From NCBI GenBank assembly GCA_964016885.1, contig OZ024743.1, positions 325,190,001 through 325,254,000 on the forward strand: a DNA stretch of 64,000 nucleotides, written 5' to 3'. Position numbers and translations under genes: made by a program. This stretch comes from Eledone cirrhosa. Taxonomy: Eukaryota. The notes below the pieces were generated by a model. The model was not told where the DNA came from and did no database searches. It worked only from the letters and a program-made list of their open reading frames with translations. The stretch's first letter is position 1. The number at the start of each line of letters is the position of its first letter. Below are positions 1 to 13,424 of this stretch, piece by piece.

Positions 1-3000
1 TACAGACCTCTGTAGAGAGACAACAACAATATACAGTGTGTTGTAGCTACAGACCTCTGTAGAGAGACAACAACAATATACAGTGTGTTGTAGCTACAGA
101 CTTCTGTAGAGAGACAACAACAATATACAGTGTGTTGTAGCTACAGACCTGTGTAGAGAGACAACAACAATATACAGTGTGTTGTAGCTACAGACCTCTG
201 TAGGGAGACAACAACAATATACAGTGTGTTGTAGCTACAGACCTCTGTAGAGAGACAACAACAATATACAGTGTGTTGTAGCTACAGACCTCTGTAGAGA
301 GACAACAACAATATACAGTGTGTTGTAGCTACAGACCTCTGTAGAGAGACAACAACAATATACAGTGTGTTGTAGCTACAGATCTCTGTAGAGAGACAAC
401 AACAATATACAGTGGGTTGTAGCTACAGACTTCTGTAGAGACAACAACAATATACAGTGTGTTGTAGCTACAGACCTCTTTAGAGAGACAACAATATACA
501 GTGTGTTGTAGCTACAGACCTCTGTAGAGAGACAATAATATACAGTGTGTTGTAGCTACAGACCTCTGTAGAGAGACAACAACAATATACAGTGTGTTGT
601 AGCTACAGACCTCTGTAGAGAGACAACAACAATATACAGTGTGTTGTAGCTACAGACATCTGTAGAGAGACAACAACAATATACAGTGTGTTGTAGCTAC
701 AGACCTCTGTAGAGAGACAACAACAATATACAGTGTGTTGTAGCTACAGACCTCTGTAGAGAGACAACAACAATATACTGTGTGTTGTAGCTACAGACCT
801 CTGTAGAGAGACAACAACAATATACAGTGTGTTGTAGCTACAGATCTCTGTAGAGAGACAATAATATACAGTGTGTTGTAGCTACAGACCTCTGTAGAGA
901 GACAACAACAATACACAGTGTGTTGTAGCTACAGACCTCTGTAGAGAGACAACAACAATATACAGTGTGTTGTAGCTACAGACCTCTGTAGAGAGACAAC
1001 AACAATATACAGTGTGTTGTAGCTACAGACCTCTGTAGAGAGACAACAACAATATACAGTGTGTTGTAGCTACAGACCTCTGTAGAGAGACAACAACAAT
1101 ATACAGTGTGTTGTAGCTACAGACCTCTGTAGAGAGACAGCAATATACAGTGTGTTGTAGCTACAGACCTCTGTAGAGAGACAACAACATTATACAGTGA
1201 GTTTTAGCTACAGACCTCTGTAGAGAGACAACAACAATATACAGTGTGTTGTAGCTACAGACCTCTGTAGAGAGACAACAACAATATACAGTGTGTTGTA
1301 GCTACAGACCTCTGTAGAGAGACAACAACAATATACAGTGTGTTGTAGCTACAGACCTCTGTAGAGAGACAACAACAATATACAGTGTGTTGTAGCTACA
1401 GACCTCTGTAGAGAGACAACAACAATATACAGTGTGTTGTAGCTACAGACCTGTGTAGAGCGACGACAACAATACACAGTGTGTTGTAGCTACAGACCTC
1501 TGTAGAGAGACAACAACAATATACAGTGTGTTGTAGCTACAGACCTCTGTAGAGAGACAACAACAATATACAGTGTGTTGTAGCTACAGACCTCTGTAGA
1601 GAGACAACAACAATATACAGTGTGTTGTAGCTACAGACCTCTGTAGAGAGACAACAACAATATACAGTGTGTTGTAGCTACAGACCTCTGTAGAGAGACA
1701 ACAACAATATACAGTGTGTTGTAGCTACAGACCTGTGTAGAGCGACAACAACAATACACAGTGTGTTGTAGCTACAGACCTCTGTAGAGAGACAACAACA
1801 ATATACAGTGTGTTGTAGCTACAGACCTCTGTAGAGAGACAACAACAATATACAGTGTGTTGTAGCTACAGACCTCTGTAGAGAGACAACAACAATATAC
1901 AGTGTGTTGTAGCTACAGACCTCTGTAGAGAGACAACAACAATATACAGTGTGTTGTAGCTACAGACTTCTGTAGAGAGACAACAACAATATACAGTGTG
2001 TTGTAGCTACAGACCTGTGTAGAGAGACAACAACAATATACAGTGTGTTGTAGCTACAGACCTGTGTAGAGAGACAACAACAATATACAGTGTGTTGTAG
2101 CTACAGACCTCTGTAGAGAGACAATAATATACAGTGTGTTGTAGCTACAGACCTCTGTAGGGAGACAACAACAATATACAGTGTGTTGTAGCTACAGACC
2201 TCTGTAGAGAGACAACAACAATATACAGTGTGTTGTAGCTACAGACCTCTGTATAGAGACAACAACAATATACAGTGTGTTGTAGCTACAGACCTCTGTA
2301 GAGAGACAACAACAATATACAGTGTGTTGTAGCTACAGATCTCTGTAGAGAGACAACAACAATATACAGTGGGTTGTAGCTACAGACCTCTGTAGAGACA
2401 ACAACAATATACAGTGTGTTGTAGCTACAGACCTCTTTAGAGAGACAACAATATACAGTGTGTTGTAGCTACAGACCTCTGTAGAGAGACAATAATATAC
2501 AGTGTGTTGTAGCTACAGACCTCTGTAGAGAGACAACAACAATATACAGTGTGTTGTAGCTACAGACCTCTGTAGAGAGACAACAACAATATACAGTGTG
2601 TTGTAGCTACAGACATCTGTAGAGAGACAACAACAATATACAGTGTGTTGTAGCTACAGACCTCTGTAGAGAGACAACAACAATATACAGTGTGTTGTAG
2701 CTACAGACCTCTGTAGAGAGACAACAACAATATACAGTGTGTTGTAGCTACAGACCTCTGTAGAGAGACAACAACAATATACAGTGTGTTGTAGCTACAG
2801 ATCTCTGTAGAGAGACAATAATATACAGTGTGTTGTAGCTACAGACCTCTGTAGAGAGACAACAACAATACACAGTGTGTTGTAGCTACAGACCTCTGTA
2901 GAGAGACAACAACAATATACAGTGTGTTGTAGCTACAGACCTCTGTAGAGAGATAACAACAATATACAGTGTGTTGTAGCTACAGACCTCTGTAGAGAGA

Positions 3001-3645
3001 CAACAACAATATACAGTGTGTTGTAGCTACAGACCTCTGTAGAGAGACAACAACAATATACAGTGTGTTGTAGCTACAGATCTCTGTAGAGAGACAACAA
3101 CAATATACAGTGGGTTGTAGCTACAGACCTCTGTAGAGACAACAACAATATACAGTGTGTTGTAGCTACAGACCTCTTTAGAGAGACAACAATATACAGT
3201 GTGTTGTAGCTACAGACCTCTGTAGAGAGACAATAATATACAGTGTGTTGTAGCTACAGACCTCTGTAGAGAAGCAACAACAATATACAGTGTGTTGTAG
3301 CTACAGACCTCTGTAGAGAGACAACAACAATATACAGTGTGTTGTAGCTACAGACCTCTGTAGAGAGACAACAACAATATACAGTGTGTTGTAGCTACAG
3401 ACCTCTGTAGAGAGACAACAACAATATACAGTGTGTTGTAGCTACAGACCTCTGTAGAGAGACAACAACAATATACAGTGTGTTGTAGCTACAGACCTCT
3501 GTAGAGAGACAACAACAATATACAGTGTGTTGTAGCTACAGACCTCTGTAGAGAGACAACAATATGCATTGTGTTGTAGCTACAGACCTCTGTAGAGAGA
3601 CAACAATATACAGTGTGTTGTAGCTACAGACCTCTGTAGAGAGAC
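1..3645. repeat. 47-bp tandem satellite (~78 units, runs off window edge), unit TACAGACCTCTGTAGAGAGACAACAACAATATACAGTGTGTTGTAGC
   Basis: Periodicity is visible directly; occasional 44-45 bp deletion variants. Confidence 0.98.
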
Positions 3646-3729
3646 AGCATCAATACTATAGTGATATAATAGGGTGTGAGCTACTTTTTCTCTGATTCTC
3701 CTCACAATATTATATGAAATGGTATCCTT

Positions 3730-4015
3730 TAAGTAACATATGTATTTGGAATATGCAAGTGGCTGAGCATTCCATAGACACATGTACTGTTAATATAATT
3801 CTCATGCAGATTCATTACGACACAGTATGTGTTATAAGACAGGCTCTTTGAATTACAGATACAGTTGATCCAATGTGCTTTCAAACAGTTTCAGTTACAA
3901 GGTTTGGGTTGACTTGTGGTTAAGATAAGTGACACTTATCCAAGATGCCATGTAGTGTTATCAAACCTGGGAACTAATGATTGTGAAGCAAACTCATTCA
4001 CCATATGGCCATGCT
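3730..4015 (-). mobile_element. Diverged SINE copy
   Basis: Shares blocks such as gcaagtggctgagcattcca and acaaggctg with copies at 4695-5060, 5275-5580 and 20460-20710. Confidence 0.6.
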
Positions 4016-4077
4016 GTATCCACAAAAAAAAAATATATATGTATAAACAGAAGTGAAAAAATGTGCTTTAAATTTAC

Positions 4078-4169
4078 CTTTCTAATGTGATCCAGGAAAC
4101 AGTGACACCTTTGTCACGTAGTTTATCAGAAATATTCTTGCATGTGTAATCATTGTCATTCTGGGGTTC
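4078..4169 (-). CDS. Exon of large uncharacterised minus-strand gene (EPQNDNDYTCKNISDKLRDKGVTVSWITLER); gene continues left of the window
   Basis: ttgcag| acceptor, AG|gtaaat donor, 92 nt, phase 0 to 2, open frame matching the upstream exon. Confidence 0.8.
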
Positions 4170-4523
4170 CTGCAATAGTTACACATTACAAGGTGACCCC
4201 ATGAAAATTCCATAGTTTAATTAGAAACAACCACCAAATATTAAAGGTGAAAAGAAAGGTTTGGATTTATAAAAGTGGCCATGTAAGTGTTATAACAGCA
4301 AGCCCCCAGCCCACACTGTAAAGGGATTGTGTAGATGTCATGACAAAAAGCCCCCTGTCCACACTGTAAAGTCTGTGTGTATGTGTGCATGTATGTGTGC
4401 ATGTATGTGTGTGTGCATGTATGTGTATGTGTATGTACGCATGCATGTGTACAAATGAGTAAATATACATAGTACATGAAGAATTCACTGAAAGTCCGTT
4501 TAAAGAACATTTGTACTATTTAC

Positions 4524-4621
4524 CTTTTGTTTGACAGAGTTGAAAAACAGTGGTTTCTTGGCCTTGTCTTTCTCAGTTTTTTTAGGACTTTTATCAGATT
4601 TAGATTTAGATTTTTTCGAGG
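4524..4621 (-). CDS. Exon, Lys-rich (SSKKSKSKSDKSPKKTEKDKAKKPLFFNSVKQK)
   Basis: ctctacag| acceptor, AAG|gtaaat donor, 98 nt, phase 1 to 0. Confidence 0.85.
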
Positions 4622-4694
4622 CTGTAGAGATATAGAAAACAACAAATGAGAATGATAGATTCTGATCCAATATAGATTGATGGGCCTCCATCAA

Positions 4695-5060
4695 TTACGA
4701 TGATGAGTGTTCCAGTTATTCAATCAATAAAACAGCCTGCTCATGAAATGAATGTACAAGTAGCTGAGCCTTTCATGATATACAGATAGACGCCATTTTG
4801 ATATACAGATAGACACCATTTTGAATTATAGCATAAAAAAGCTGAGCATTCCACAAACATGTGAACCTGTAACGTAATTCTCCGGGACACAGTATTGACA
4901 AGGCTGGCTCTTTGAAATTCAGGTACATTCCATTCAATGGGCTTCCCAAACAGCCTCTGTCTACTCTAATTTCACTCACAAGACGGGAGTTGACCTGAAG
5001 CTATGGTAAATGATATTTGCACAAGATGCCACGCAGTGGGATTGAACCCAAGACCAAATA
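4695..5060 (-). mobile_element. SINE copy
   Basis: Dispersed-repeat similarity within the window; B-box-like GGTTCAATCCC on the minus strand. Confidence 0.65.
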
Positions 5061-5274
5061 TCAGACTGTATAATAACATCTGTCTTATCCACCACAACAT
5101 TGCCATATATTGAATATTTCCTCATATATATAGCACTACATACTATATAATACACTACTCTATAAACTAGACACTACTCTATATAAAACACTACTCTATA
5201 AACAATACACTATTTAATACACTACTTTATAAACTACACACTATAATACACTACGTTATATACTAGACACTAAG

Positions 5275-5580
5275 GCAATCTGTCGGTTATGATGACAAGT
5301 GTTCCAGTTGATCCTATCAATAGAACAGCCTGCTCATGAAATTAACGTGCAAGTGGCTGAGCATTCCACAGACATGCGTACCCTAGATGTAGTTCTCACA
5401 ATGTGACAATGCTGGCCATTCAAACTACAGGTACAACTCAGTTTTGCAAGCTGAGTGGACTGGACTGGAGCAACGTGAAATAGTGTCTTGCTCAAGGACA
5501 CAACGCATCGCAGGGAATCAAACTAACAAATTTACGATTTCAAGCTGAATACCCTAACCACAAAGCCTCATACCTTCACA
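5275..5580 (-). mobile_element. tRNA-derived SINE copy
   Basis: Minus strand reads tggttagggtattc...gtttgattccc (A/B-box-like), then gtgtccttgagcaagacac; same family as 4695 and 20460. Confidence 0.7.
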
Positions 5581-5669
5581 TACTAGACACTACATATTAT
5601 ATAATACACTACACTATATACTAGATACTACATATATGATATGCTACACACTATAGCTATACCCCTTTA

Positions 5670-5780
5670 CAGACTGAGTTCAAATCCCGTCGAGGTTAAC
5701 TTTGCCTTTCATCCTTACGAGATCGATAAAATAAAGTACCAGTAATGTACTGGGTAATTGCTGGCCTTGTGCCAAAATGT
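5670..5780 (+). mobile_element. SINE fragment with central domain GCCTTTCATCCTT...GTCGATAAAATAAAGTACCAG
   Basis: B-box GAGTTCAAATCCC; same family inverted at 12950-13100, 19490-19690 and 44890-45210. Confidence 0.7.
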
Positions 5781-6344
5781 TCTGCTATACTATACATATA
5801 GTACTCTATATAGTACATGCTATACAATATACTACTCTATATAGTACTCACCACATGCTCTTCTACACCCTGCACTATGCTCTACACAATACACTATATA
5901 ATATACAATCTATATGCGACACACTACATACTATACAATATACTTCTACATATACTAATTACTATGGCTATACATTATACTATTGTATATAATACACCCG
6001 CCATGCTATACTATATACAACTCTATATAGAACATGTTATATAATATACTATTCTATATAGTACATGTTATATTATAAACTACTCTATATAGTACACACT
6101 ATATGCTCTACTACACCTTGCACTACGTCCTAATACACTATATACTGCATCACAATAAAACTATACATCACAGCCGTAGAAAAATTGCTGAACAAAGGGT
6201 CAAGAGGACGCTTAATTGGGTGAAAGACACAACAACCTCCCTAGTGTTGGTGCCAAAATAAAATGACCCAGTACACTTTATAAAGTGTAGAATGTAATAT
6301 AAACAAAATCTTTGAGTATATGGAAGCTACGAAAAGATTCAACA

Positions 6345-6618
6345 AGAGAAACCTCTAGCTGTTTTACAGCTTCCCTTGTTTCCTGTTTTCTTTTTCATTT
6401 TCATTTTTTTATATATAATCTGCCTCCCAGTGGCCTTCAATATTTGAAATTTTATTTCTATTTTATTTTATTTTTCCCCTTTTTTAAATTAATTTTTTTT
6501 TATTACTTGTCTCACTACCTCTGTTTGATTACCAACTGTAAGGAGTACTCGATACTTCCCCTAGTCTGTCATAGCTTACTAGCTCTATACAGACGTTTAA
6601 ATTGAATAAATAAATAAG
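6345..6618 (+). mobile_element. 3' fragment of a dispersed retroelement ending in (AATA)n
   Basis: Similar to 59437-59695 (ctagctg..ttacagcttcccttg; ctagtctgtcatagcttactagctctat). Confidence 0.55.
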
Positions 6619-6944
6619 AAGCAGTTCCCAGCCCATCCGAATGGCCTATAACCCTAATTAAGTACTGATTTGAGTAAAACAGCTCAGTGGTCACCATTCC
6701 ATAAAGGATATCTTATTGTTGTTCAGAGGTTCAGCCTTTACTGAGTAGATCTATTGTCAGAAATATTCCAGGCTGACCATCCAGTCTTTTATTCTGGCAC
6801 AGTTTATCTAAGACTACATTATCTAACATGTCCTTTTTAAAAAGAATGTAGGGTGTGTTTAGAGATGGCTAGGTGAGGTTTTGAAAACGATTTAACTGCT
6901 ATTTCTAGCAGGTCACCTGATTGCATTACAGTTGCTTTATTGCC

Positions 6945-7107
6945 TTTGTGTGTGTCTCTCTCTCTTGATCTCTCTTGATCTCTCTCTCTCTCCTCTCCTC
7001 TCTCTCTCCCTTCTTTCTCTCTGCTTTTGTGTATCATTTTGTTTGTATGTGCAACAGTATGGGTGTGTTTGTGTGTATGTCTATATCTTTGTCGCTTTCT
7101 CTCCTCA

Positions 7108-7143
<36 letters not shown>

Positions 7144-7285
7144 CCCATCCCTCTCTCTTTCTCTCCCCATCTCTCTCTCTTTCTCTCTCTCTCTCTGTTT
7201 TTGTGTACCATTGTGTCTTTGTATATGTATCTGTATGGATGTGTTTGTGTGTGTATGTATCTGTGTATTTGTGTGTATGTGTAAA
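6945..7285. repeat. (CT)n/(GT)n compound microsatellite
   Basis: Visible directly. Confidence 0.9.
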
Positions 7286-7328
7286 GAGATATGCATTTTT
7301 GGTAACAAAATGGTGCAATTTCACTTAC

Positions 7329-7444
7329 AGGCTGATCTCTTCTTTGACTTCAGTTTAGGTGGTGGCAGTAGTGCTGAAGAGATGACCTCTCTCTGGTAGT
7401 TTAGGCCACTGCTGTATGACCTGCTGGCTGGAGGGTGCTTCCAA
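7329..7444 (-). CDS. Exon (WKHPPASRSYSSGLNYQREVISSALLPPPKLKSKKRSA)
   Basis: ttttttcctgttgtccacag| acceptor, |gtaagt donor, 116 nt, phase 2 to 1. Confidence 0.85.
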
Positions 7445-7550
7445 CTGTGGACAACAGGAAAAAACTGACATAAAAATATCTTGACACTATCTTAGCTATT
7501 ATTTTCACTATTGTTGCTTCTGAATTATTTTAGCTATAACTAAACGATTC

Positions 7551-7895
7551 TACTCTTGGGGTCTGGAATAATCCTCCCCACCTCCGCTTATTAATTTTTA
7601 AGATTTTTCAACACCCTCCATCCCCCCGCTTATTAAATTTTGCTAATCTATCACCAGCAAAATTTTATTTTAAGTGGTAGCATTCCTGCGACAATTAATT
7701 TTCTTTAGACATTAAAAAATATTATGCATTACAAAAAAGTACATTACTAGAAATCTCATATATTATAAAATAAATTGGATGGGTTGGGGTCTCTATATGT
7801 AAACTAAATGACTAATTCTGGTTTTTAAAAAAATCTACAGAGACAACAATTCCTTGTTTATTCCAGCACCCCCTATTATTTGCGACCCAAGAGTA
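7551..7895. mobile_element. TA-flanked MITE (Tc1/mariner-pogo-like), TIR CTCTTGGG..AATAAT
   Basis: ta-ctcttggggtctggaataat ... attatttgcgacccaagag-ta; second, inverted copy at 58624-59000. Confidence 0.75.
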
Positions 7896-8669
7896 TTTTC
7901 CTACTTCTATAAATGTATAAATAATAAAGTGAATGTTACAATAGTTAATGTAGTGAACCAAGAAATTATAATTCAATAAAATTACAATTGCAATTTTATT
8001 GATTAGGGTAAAAAAATCATTATCATCATCATCATCATTTAATGTCTGTTCTCTCTGCTAGCATGGGTTGAACAGACCAGGTCAGTACATAACTGGAGCT
8101 ACAGTCCTCTCAGATAAGCAAGGAGTTACATCTCACATATATTCCAGCACACACACATGCACTATTTCTCTGTCCTTCTCTATAGAGTGCCCCGAGTGTA
8201 TTTTCATGGCACCAGCACTATGGAGGTTGTCATGTTTCTGACACAACTTAAGAGTCCTTTCAACACCTTGTTTGGCAAGCTTTCTATGGCCCTTTCTATC
8301 ACTGACCACTTTACAGAGTGTGCAGGTTATATTTGATCATGTCACCAACACTAGAGAAGCTGTCATGCTCTTAACACAACTGAAGAGTCCTCTCAATCTT
8401 TTGTTTAACATGGTTTCTACAGTTTCTACCTTCCTAACAACAACCTATTTTCAGAGTATACATTATTGTGATTAATTCTTGTCAAGAAAGGTAAGGGAGA
8501 CCAACCAGGAATTTAAACATAATCTGACAGAGAGTTTATATGGTTCTAACCACACAGCAACTAATGAGGCCCAACTACTAATTCATGATTGTCTTCCTGC
8601 TATTGAGTGCCATGCAAGACTGGAAATATTTTTTATATTTGTGAGGACACGACAATCAACTTGGTGCTA

Positions 8670-11465
8670 GTGTCAGAATAAAATGTACCCAGTACACTCT
8701 GTAAAGTGGTAGTGCTGGTACCATAGTAAAATGTACCCAGTACACATTGTAAAGTGGTAGTGCTGGTGCCACAGTAAAATGTACCCATTACACATTGTAA
8801 AGTGGTAGTGCTGGTGCCACAGTAAAATGTACCCAGTACACTCTGTAAAGTGGTAGTGCTGGTGCCACAGTAAAATTCACCCAGTACACATAGTAAAGTG
8901 ATAGTGCTGGTGCCATAGTAAAATGTACCCATTACACATTGTAAAGTGGTAGTGCTGGTGCCACAGTAAAATGTACACAGTACACTCTGTAAAGTGGTAG
9001 TGCTGGTGCCATAGTAAAATGTACCCAGTACACTCTGTAAAGTGGTAGTGCTGGTGCCATAGTAAAATGTACCCAGTACACGTAAAGTGGTAATGCTGGT
9101 ACCACAGTAAAATGTACCGAGTACACATTGTAAAGTGGTAGTGCTGGTGCCACAGTAAAATGTACCCAGTACCCATTGTAAAGTGGTAGTGCTGGTACCA
9201 TAGTAAAATGTACCCAGTACCCATTGTAAAGTGGTAGTGCTGGTGCCAGAATAAAATGTACCCAGTACACATAAATTGAGTGCTGGTACCACAGTAAAAT
9301 GTACCCAGTACACATTGTAAAGTGGTAGTGCTGGTGTCACAGTAAAATGTACCCAGTACACTCTGTAAAGTGGTAGTGCTAGTGCCACAGTAAAATGTAC
9401 CCAGTACACATTGTAAAGTGGTAGTGCTGGTGCCAGAATAAAATGTACCCAGTACCCATTGTAAAGTGGTTGTGCTGGTACCACAGTAAAATGTACCCAG
9501 TACACATTGTAAAGTGGTAGTGCTGGTGTCACAGTAAAATGTACCCAGTACACTCTGTAAAGTGGTAGTGCTTGTGCCACAGTAAAATGTACCCAGTACA
9601 CATTGTAAAGTGATAGTGCTGGTGCCACAGTAAAATGTACCCAGTACACTCTGTAAAGTGGTAGTGCTAGTGCCACAGTAAAATGTACCCATTACACATT
9701 GTAAAGTGGTAGTGCTGGTGCCACAGTAAAATGTACCCAGTACACATTGTAAAGTGGTAGTGCTGGTACCACAGTAAAATGTACCCAGTACACGTAAAGT
9801 GGTAGTGCTAGTGCCACAGTAAAATGTACCCAGTACACATTGTAAAGTGGTAGTGCTGGTGCCACAGTAAAATGTACCCAGTACCCATTGTAAAGTGGTA
9901 GTGCTGGTGTCACAGTAAAATGTACCCAGTACACTCTGTAAAGTGGTAGTGCTGGTGCCACAGTAAAATGTACCCATTACACATTGTAAGGTGGTAGTGC
10001 TGGTACCACAGTAAAATGTACCCAGTACACATTGTAAAGTGGTAGTGCTGGTGCCACAGTAAAATGTACCCAGTACACTCCGTAAAGTGGTAGTGCTGGT
10101 GCCACAGTAAAATGCACCCATTACACATTGTAAAGTGGTAGTGCTGGTACCACAGTAAAATGTACCCAGTACACATTGTAAAGTGGTAGTGCTGGTGCCA
10201 CAGTAAAATGTACCCAGTACCCATTGTAAAGTGGTAGTGCTGGTACCACAGTAAAATGTACCCAGTACACATTGTAAAGTGGTAGTGCTAGTGCCACAGT
10301 AAAATGTACCCAGTACACATTGTAAAGTGGTAGTGCTGGTGCCACAGTAAAATGTACCCAGTACACTCTGTAAAGTGGTAGTGCTGGTGCCACAGTAAAA
10401 TGTACCCAGTAGACATTGTAAAGTGGTAGTACTGGTGCCACAGTAAAATGTACCCAGTACACGTTGTAAAGTGGTAGTGCTGGTGCCACAGTAAAATGTA
10501 CCCATTACACATTGTAAAGTGGTAGTGCTGGTGCCACAGTAAAATGTACCCAGTACACATTGTAAAGTGGTCGTGCTGGTGTCACAGTAAAATGTACCCA
10601 GTACACGTTGTAAAGTGGTAGTCCTGGTGCCACAGTACAATGTACCCAGTACACATTGTAAAGTGGTAGTGCTGGTGCCACAGTAAAATGTACCCAGTAC
10701 ACATTGTAAAGTGGTAGTGCTGGTACCACAGTAAAATGTACCCAGTACACATTGTAAAGTGGTAGTGCTGGTACCACAGTAAAATGTACCCAGTACACGT
10801 TGTAAAGTGGTAGTGCTGGTGCCACAGTAAAATGTACCCAGTACACATTTTAAAGTGGTAGTGCTGGTGCCACAGTAAAATGTACCCAGTAGACATTGTA
10901 AAGTGGTAGTGCTGGTGCCACAGTAAAATGTACCCAGTACACATTGTAAAGTGGTAGTGCTGGTGCCATAGTAAAATGTACCCAGTAGACATTGTAAAGT
11001 GGTAGTGCTGGTGCCACAGTAAAATGTACCCAGTACACATTGTAAAGTGGTAGTGCTGGTGCCATAGTAAAATGTACCCAGTAGACATTGTAAAGTGGTA
11101 GTGCTGGTGCCATAGTAAAATGTACCCAGTACACATTGTAAAGTGGTAGTGCTGGTACCACAGTAAAATGTACCCATTACACATTGTAAAGTGGTAGTGC
11201 TGGTGCCACAGTAAAATGTACCCAGTACACATTGTAAAGTGGTAGTGCTGGTGCCACAGTAAAATGTACCCAGTACACATTGTAAAGTGGTAGTGCTGGT
11301 GCCACAGTAAAATGTACCCAGTAGACATTGTAAAGTGGTAGTGCTGGTGCCACAGTAAAATGTACCCAGTACACATTGTAAAGTGGTAGTGCTGGTGCCA
11401 CGGTAAAATGTACCCAGTACACATTGTAAAGTGGTAGTGCTGGTGTCACAGTACACTCTGTAAAG
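8670..11465. repeat. 48-bp minisatellite (~58 units) GTAAAATGTACCCAGTACACATTGTAAAGTGGTAGTGCTGGTGCCACA, SINE-derived
   Basis: Direct periodicity; the unit matches the internal segment of the dispersed SINE seen at 44745-44800. Confidence 0.95.
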
Positions 11466-11899
11466 TAGATGGCATTAACAAGGTTATCTAACCATAGATA
11501 GCAGGCCAACATTGTCTTCTGGCCTGTCATAATCTCAATGACAACTTGTCTAACCCATGCCAGTATTAAAACAAAATAGAAATAAAACTATGATGGTGAT
11601 GATGATGATGATGATGATGCTTTTTTTAATTGTTTGAATTCCTTCAATAAAGTAATCTTCTCCTACTCCTCCTTCTCCACCTTCTTCTCCACCTCCTTCT
11701 CTTCCTCCTCCTTCTCTGTGTGTGTGTGTAAAGAAGAGGGAGGGTGTTGTGAGAGAGAGTTGGGAGAGAACTAAGAGAGAGAGAGAAGAGGTTAAGAGAA
11801 AAAGAGAAAAATCTAAGAGAGAGAGAGATAATTGTGAGAGAGAAACAAAGTTGAAAGAGAAGTTATAAGAATGTACTAATAGTTTCACTTAACACTCAC

Positions 11900-11958
11900 A
11901 TGTTCTCCATCTCTTTATCTTCTGTGATGGACATTTCTGACATTGAGCTGGAATCTTT
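11900..11958 (-). CDS. Exon (KDSSSMSEMSITEDKEMEN)
   Basis: tgtcaacag| acceptor, |gtgagt donor, 59 nt, phase 0 to 2. Confidence 0.8.
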
Positions 11959-11989
11959 CTGTTGACAATAAAGATTGTTAGATATGCTT

Positions 11990-12100
11990 GTCAGAAATAA
12001 GCACTTTCCTGACATTTGTATATTATTCTATGTACTATACATGCACCTTTGATGAGTTGTAGTGCACCTGAGCACTGTGCACAATAATTTCATTATTATT
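11990..12100 (+). mobile_element. Extreme 3' end of a CR1/L2-like LINE
   Basis: Near-identical to 17515-17620; ends in ATTATT. Confidence 0.65.
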
Positions 12101-12198
12101 GTGAATGATAAAAAGGTAGACAGACCTGTGTTAACGAGTAACAAGTTAATTTCTTACCTGTTACTCATAACGGATATGTATTAACCAGTAACAAGTTT

Positions 12199-12397
12199 CG
12201 AGAGTTAGCTGAAAAGTTCATAGGGTGGCTATGAAGTAGTGATGTTAGAGCCGTGAAATCTTGCATGCATTAATTTCAACTCTTTCTATTAATGACTGCA
12301 TTGTTTCTTTCAAGGGACTATGTTGAAAAATTAACCTCATTTGGTCATTCCATGGGGTATCTTGGTCAGCCTATGAACTTTTTAGCCGACCCTCATA
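12199..12397. mobile_element. Mariner-like MITE
   Basis: TIRs cgagagttagctgaaaagttcatagg / cctatgaactttttagccgaccctca-ta; it interrupts a short degenerate tandem repeat. Confidence 0.75.
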
Positions 12398-12944
12398 TTT
12401 ACTTAGCTGTTACTACTAAACAATACACAGATGTGTGTTAATGAGTAACAAGCTAATTACTTAGCTGTTAATGATAAACAGGTAAATAATCTATATACAA
12501 CAATGAGTGTTTTAATGCCACTTTCCCTGCTAAATCAGGGTTCAGCTTTGCAGGTCTCATCAAAGGCTTTATACTTGTCATGGAACCCTTTATGGGGCAA
12601 TGTGTTACTGCTGGATGCCCTTCCTGGTGCCGGTCTTTTTTTGTCACCTCTTACAACATGCAGGGCTATGTAACTAATCTATATGTTAGTAATTAATAGA
12701 AGGAGTAGGATAAGAGAAAAAAACAGTTATATATTACATCACAGTTAACAGCTTTTTCCTTATACATTACATACAAGCAGAGTTAGTGTAATATTCATAA
12801 ATTATACATTATAGTTTTGAGTTTTCTTTCTCCAAACAGTTTTACTACATGCCAAGACACAAACCTGAGTATTTCCATGGCTCTCACATTTATCTATACA
12901 TATATAAATCATCGACGAATTGGCAGAGTCATTATAATTGTTTC

Positions 12945-13200
12945 TACATTTGGCACAAGGCCAGCTAATACCCAGTGCATTACTGGTACTTTATTTTATC
13001 GACCCCGTAAGGATGAAAAGCAAAGTTAACCTCGGTGGGATTTGAACTCAGAATGGCAAGGGCTATAACTCTATGCGTCAAAGCATGGTGTCCGACCCTC
13101 TACTGATACTGCCAATCCATTCGTTTTGACTCTCTGCTCTCTGCGTTCAAATCGTGCTGAGGTTGATAAAAAAGTACCAGACTAATACTGGGGTCGATTC
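12945..13200. mobile_element. Two back-to-back SINE fragments
   Basis: Minus copy (tcgaccccgtaaggatgaaa..ggatttgaactc) followed by a plus copy (gttcaaatc..gataaaaaagtaccag). Confidence 0.65.
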
Positions 13201-13424
13201 TTCCTCTATATCTCCTTCTCACTTCCATTCTCTCACTCTCTTTTTCCTTCTCTCGAAGAAATCTGCTGTATTCAGATATAGAGAGGATTGAGTTACACCA
13301 GGTTGAGTGGTTAAAAATGTTCTAGAAATGCTGTATATCAATATACTTATAATATACAAGGACAAATTATATTCAAACAAAACCATTTAACTTTTGTCTG
13401 TCTCTTTATAAAAGTTCTACTCAC

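Noticed and set aside
1-3645. CRISPR array
   Set aside because: Contiguous repeats without unique spacers, no cas genes, eukaryotic context.
5275-5780. tRNA genes suggested by A/B-box-like motifs
   Set aside because: No cloverleaf; they are heads of dispersed SINEs.
8633-11530. 859-aa and other Cys/Thr-rich ORFs (GTFYCGTSTTTLQCVL)n
   Set aside because: Translation of a 48-bp (16-codon) SINE-derived minisatellite; open in several frames, and the neighbouring exons splice across it in phase.
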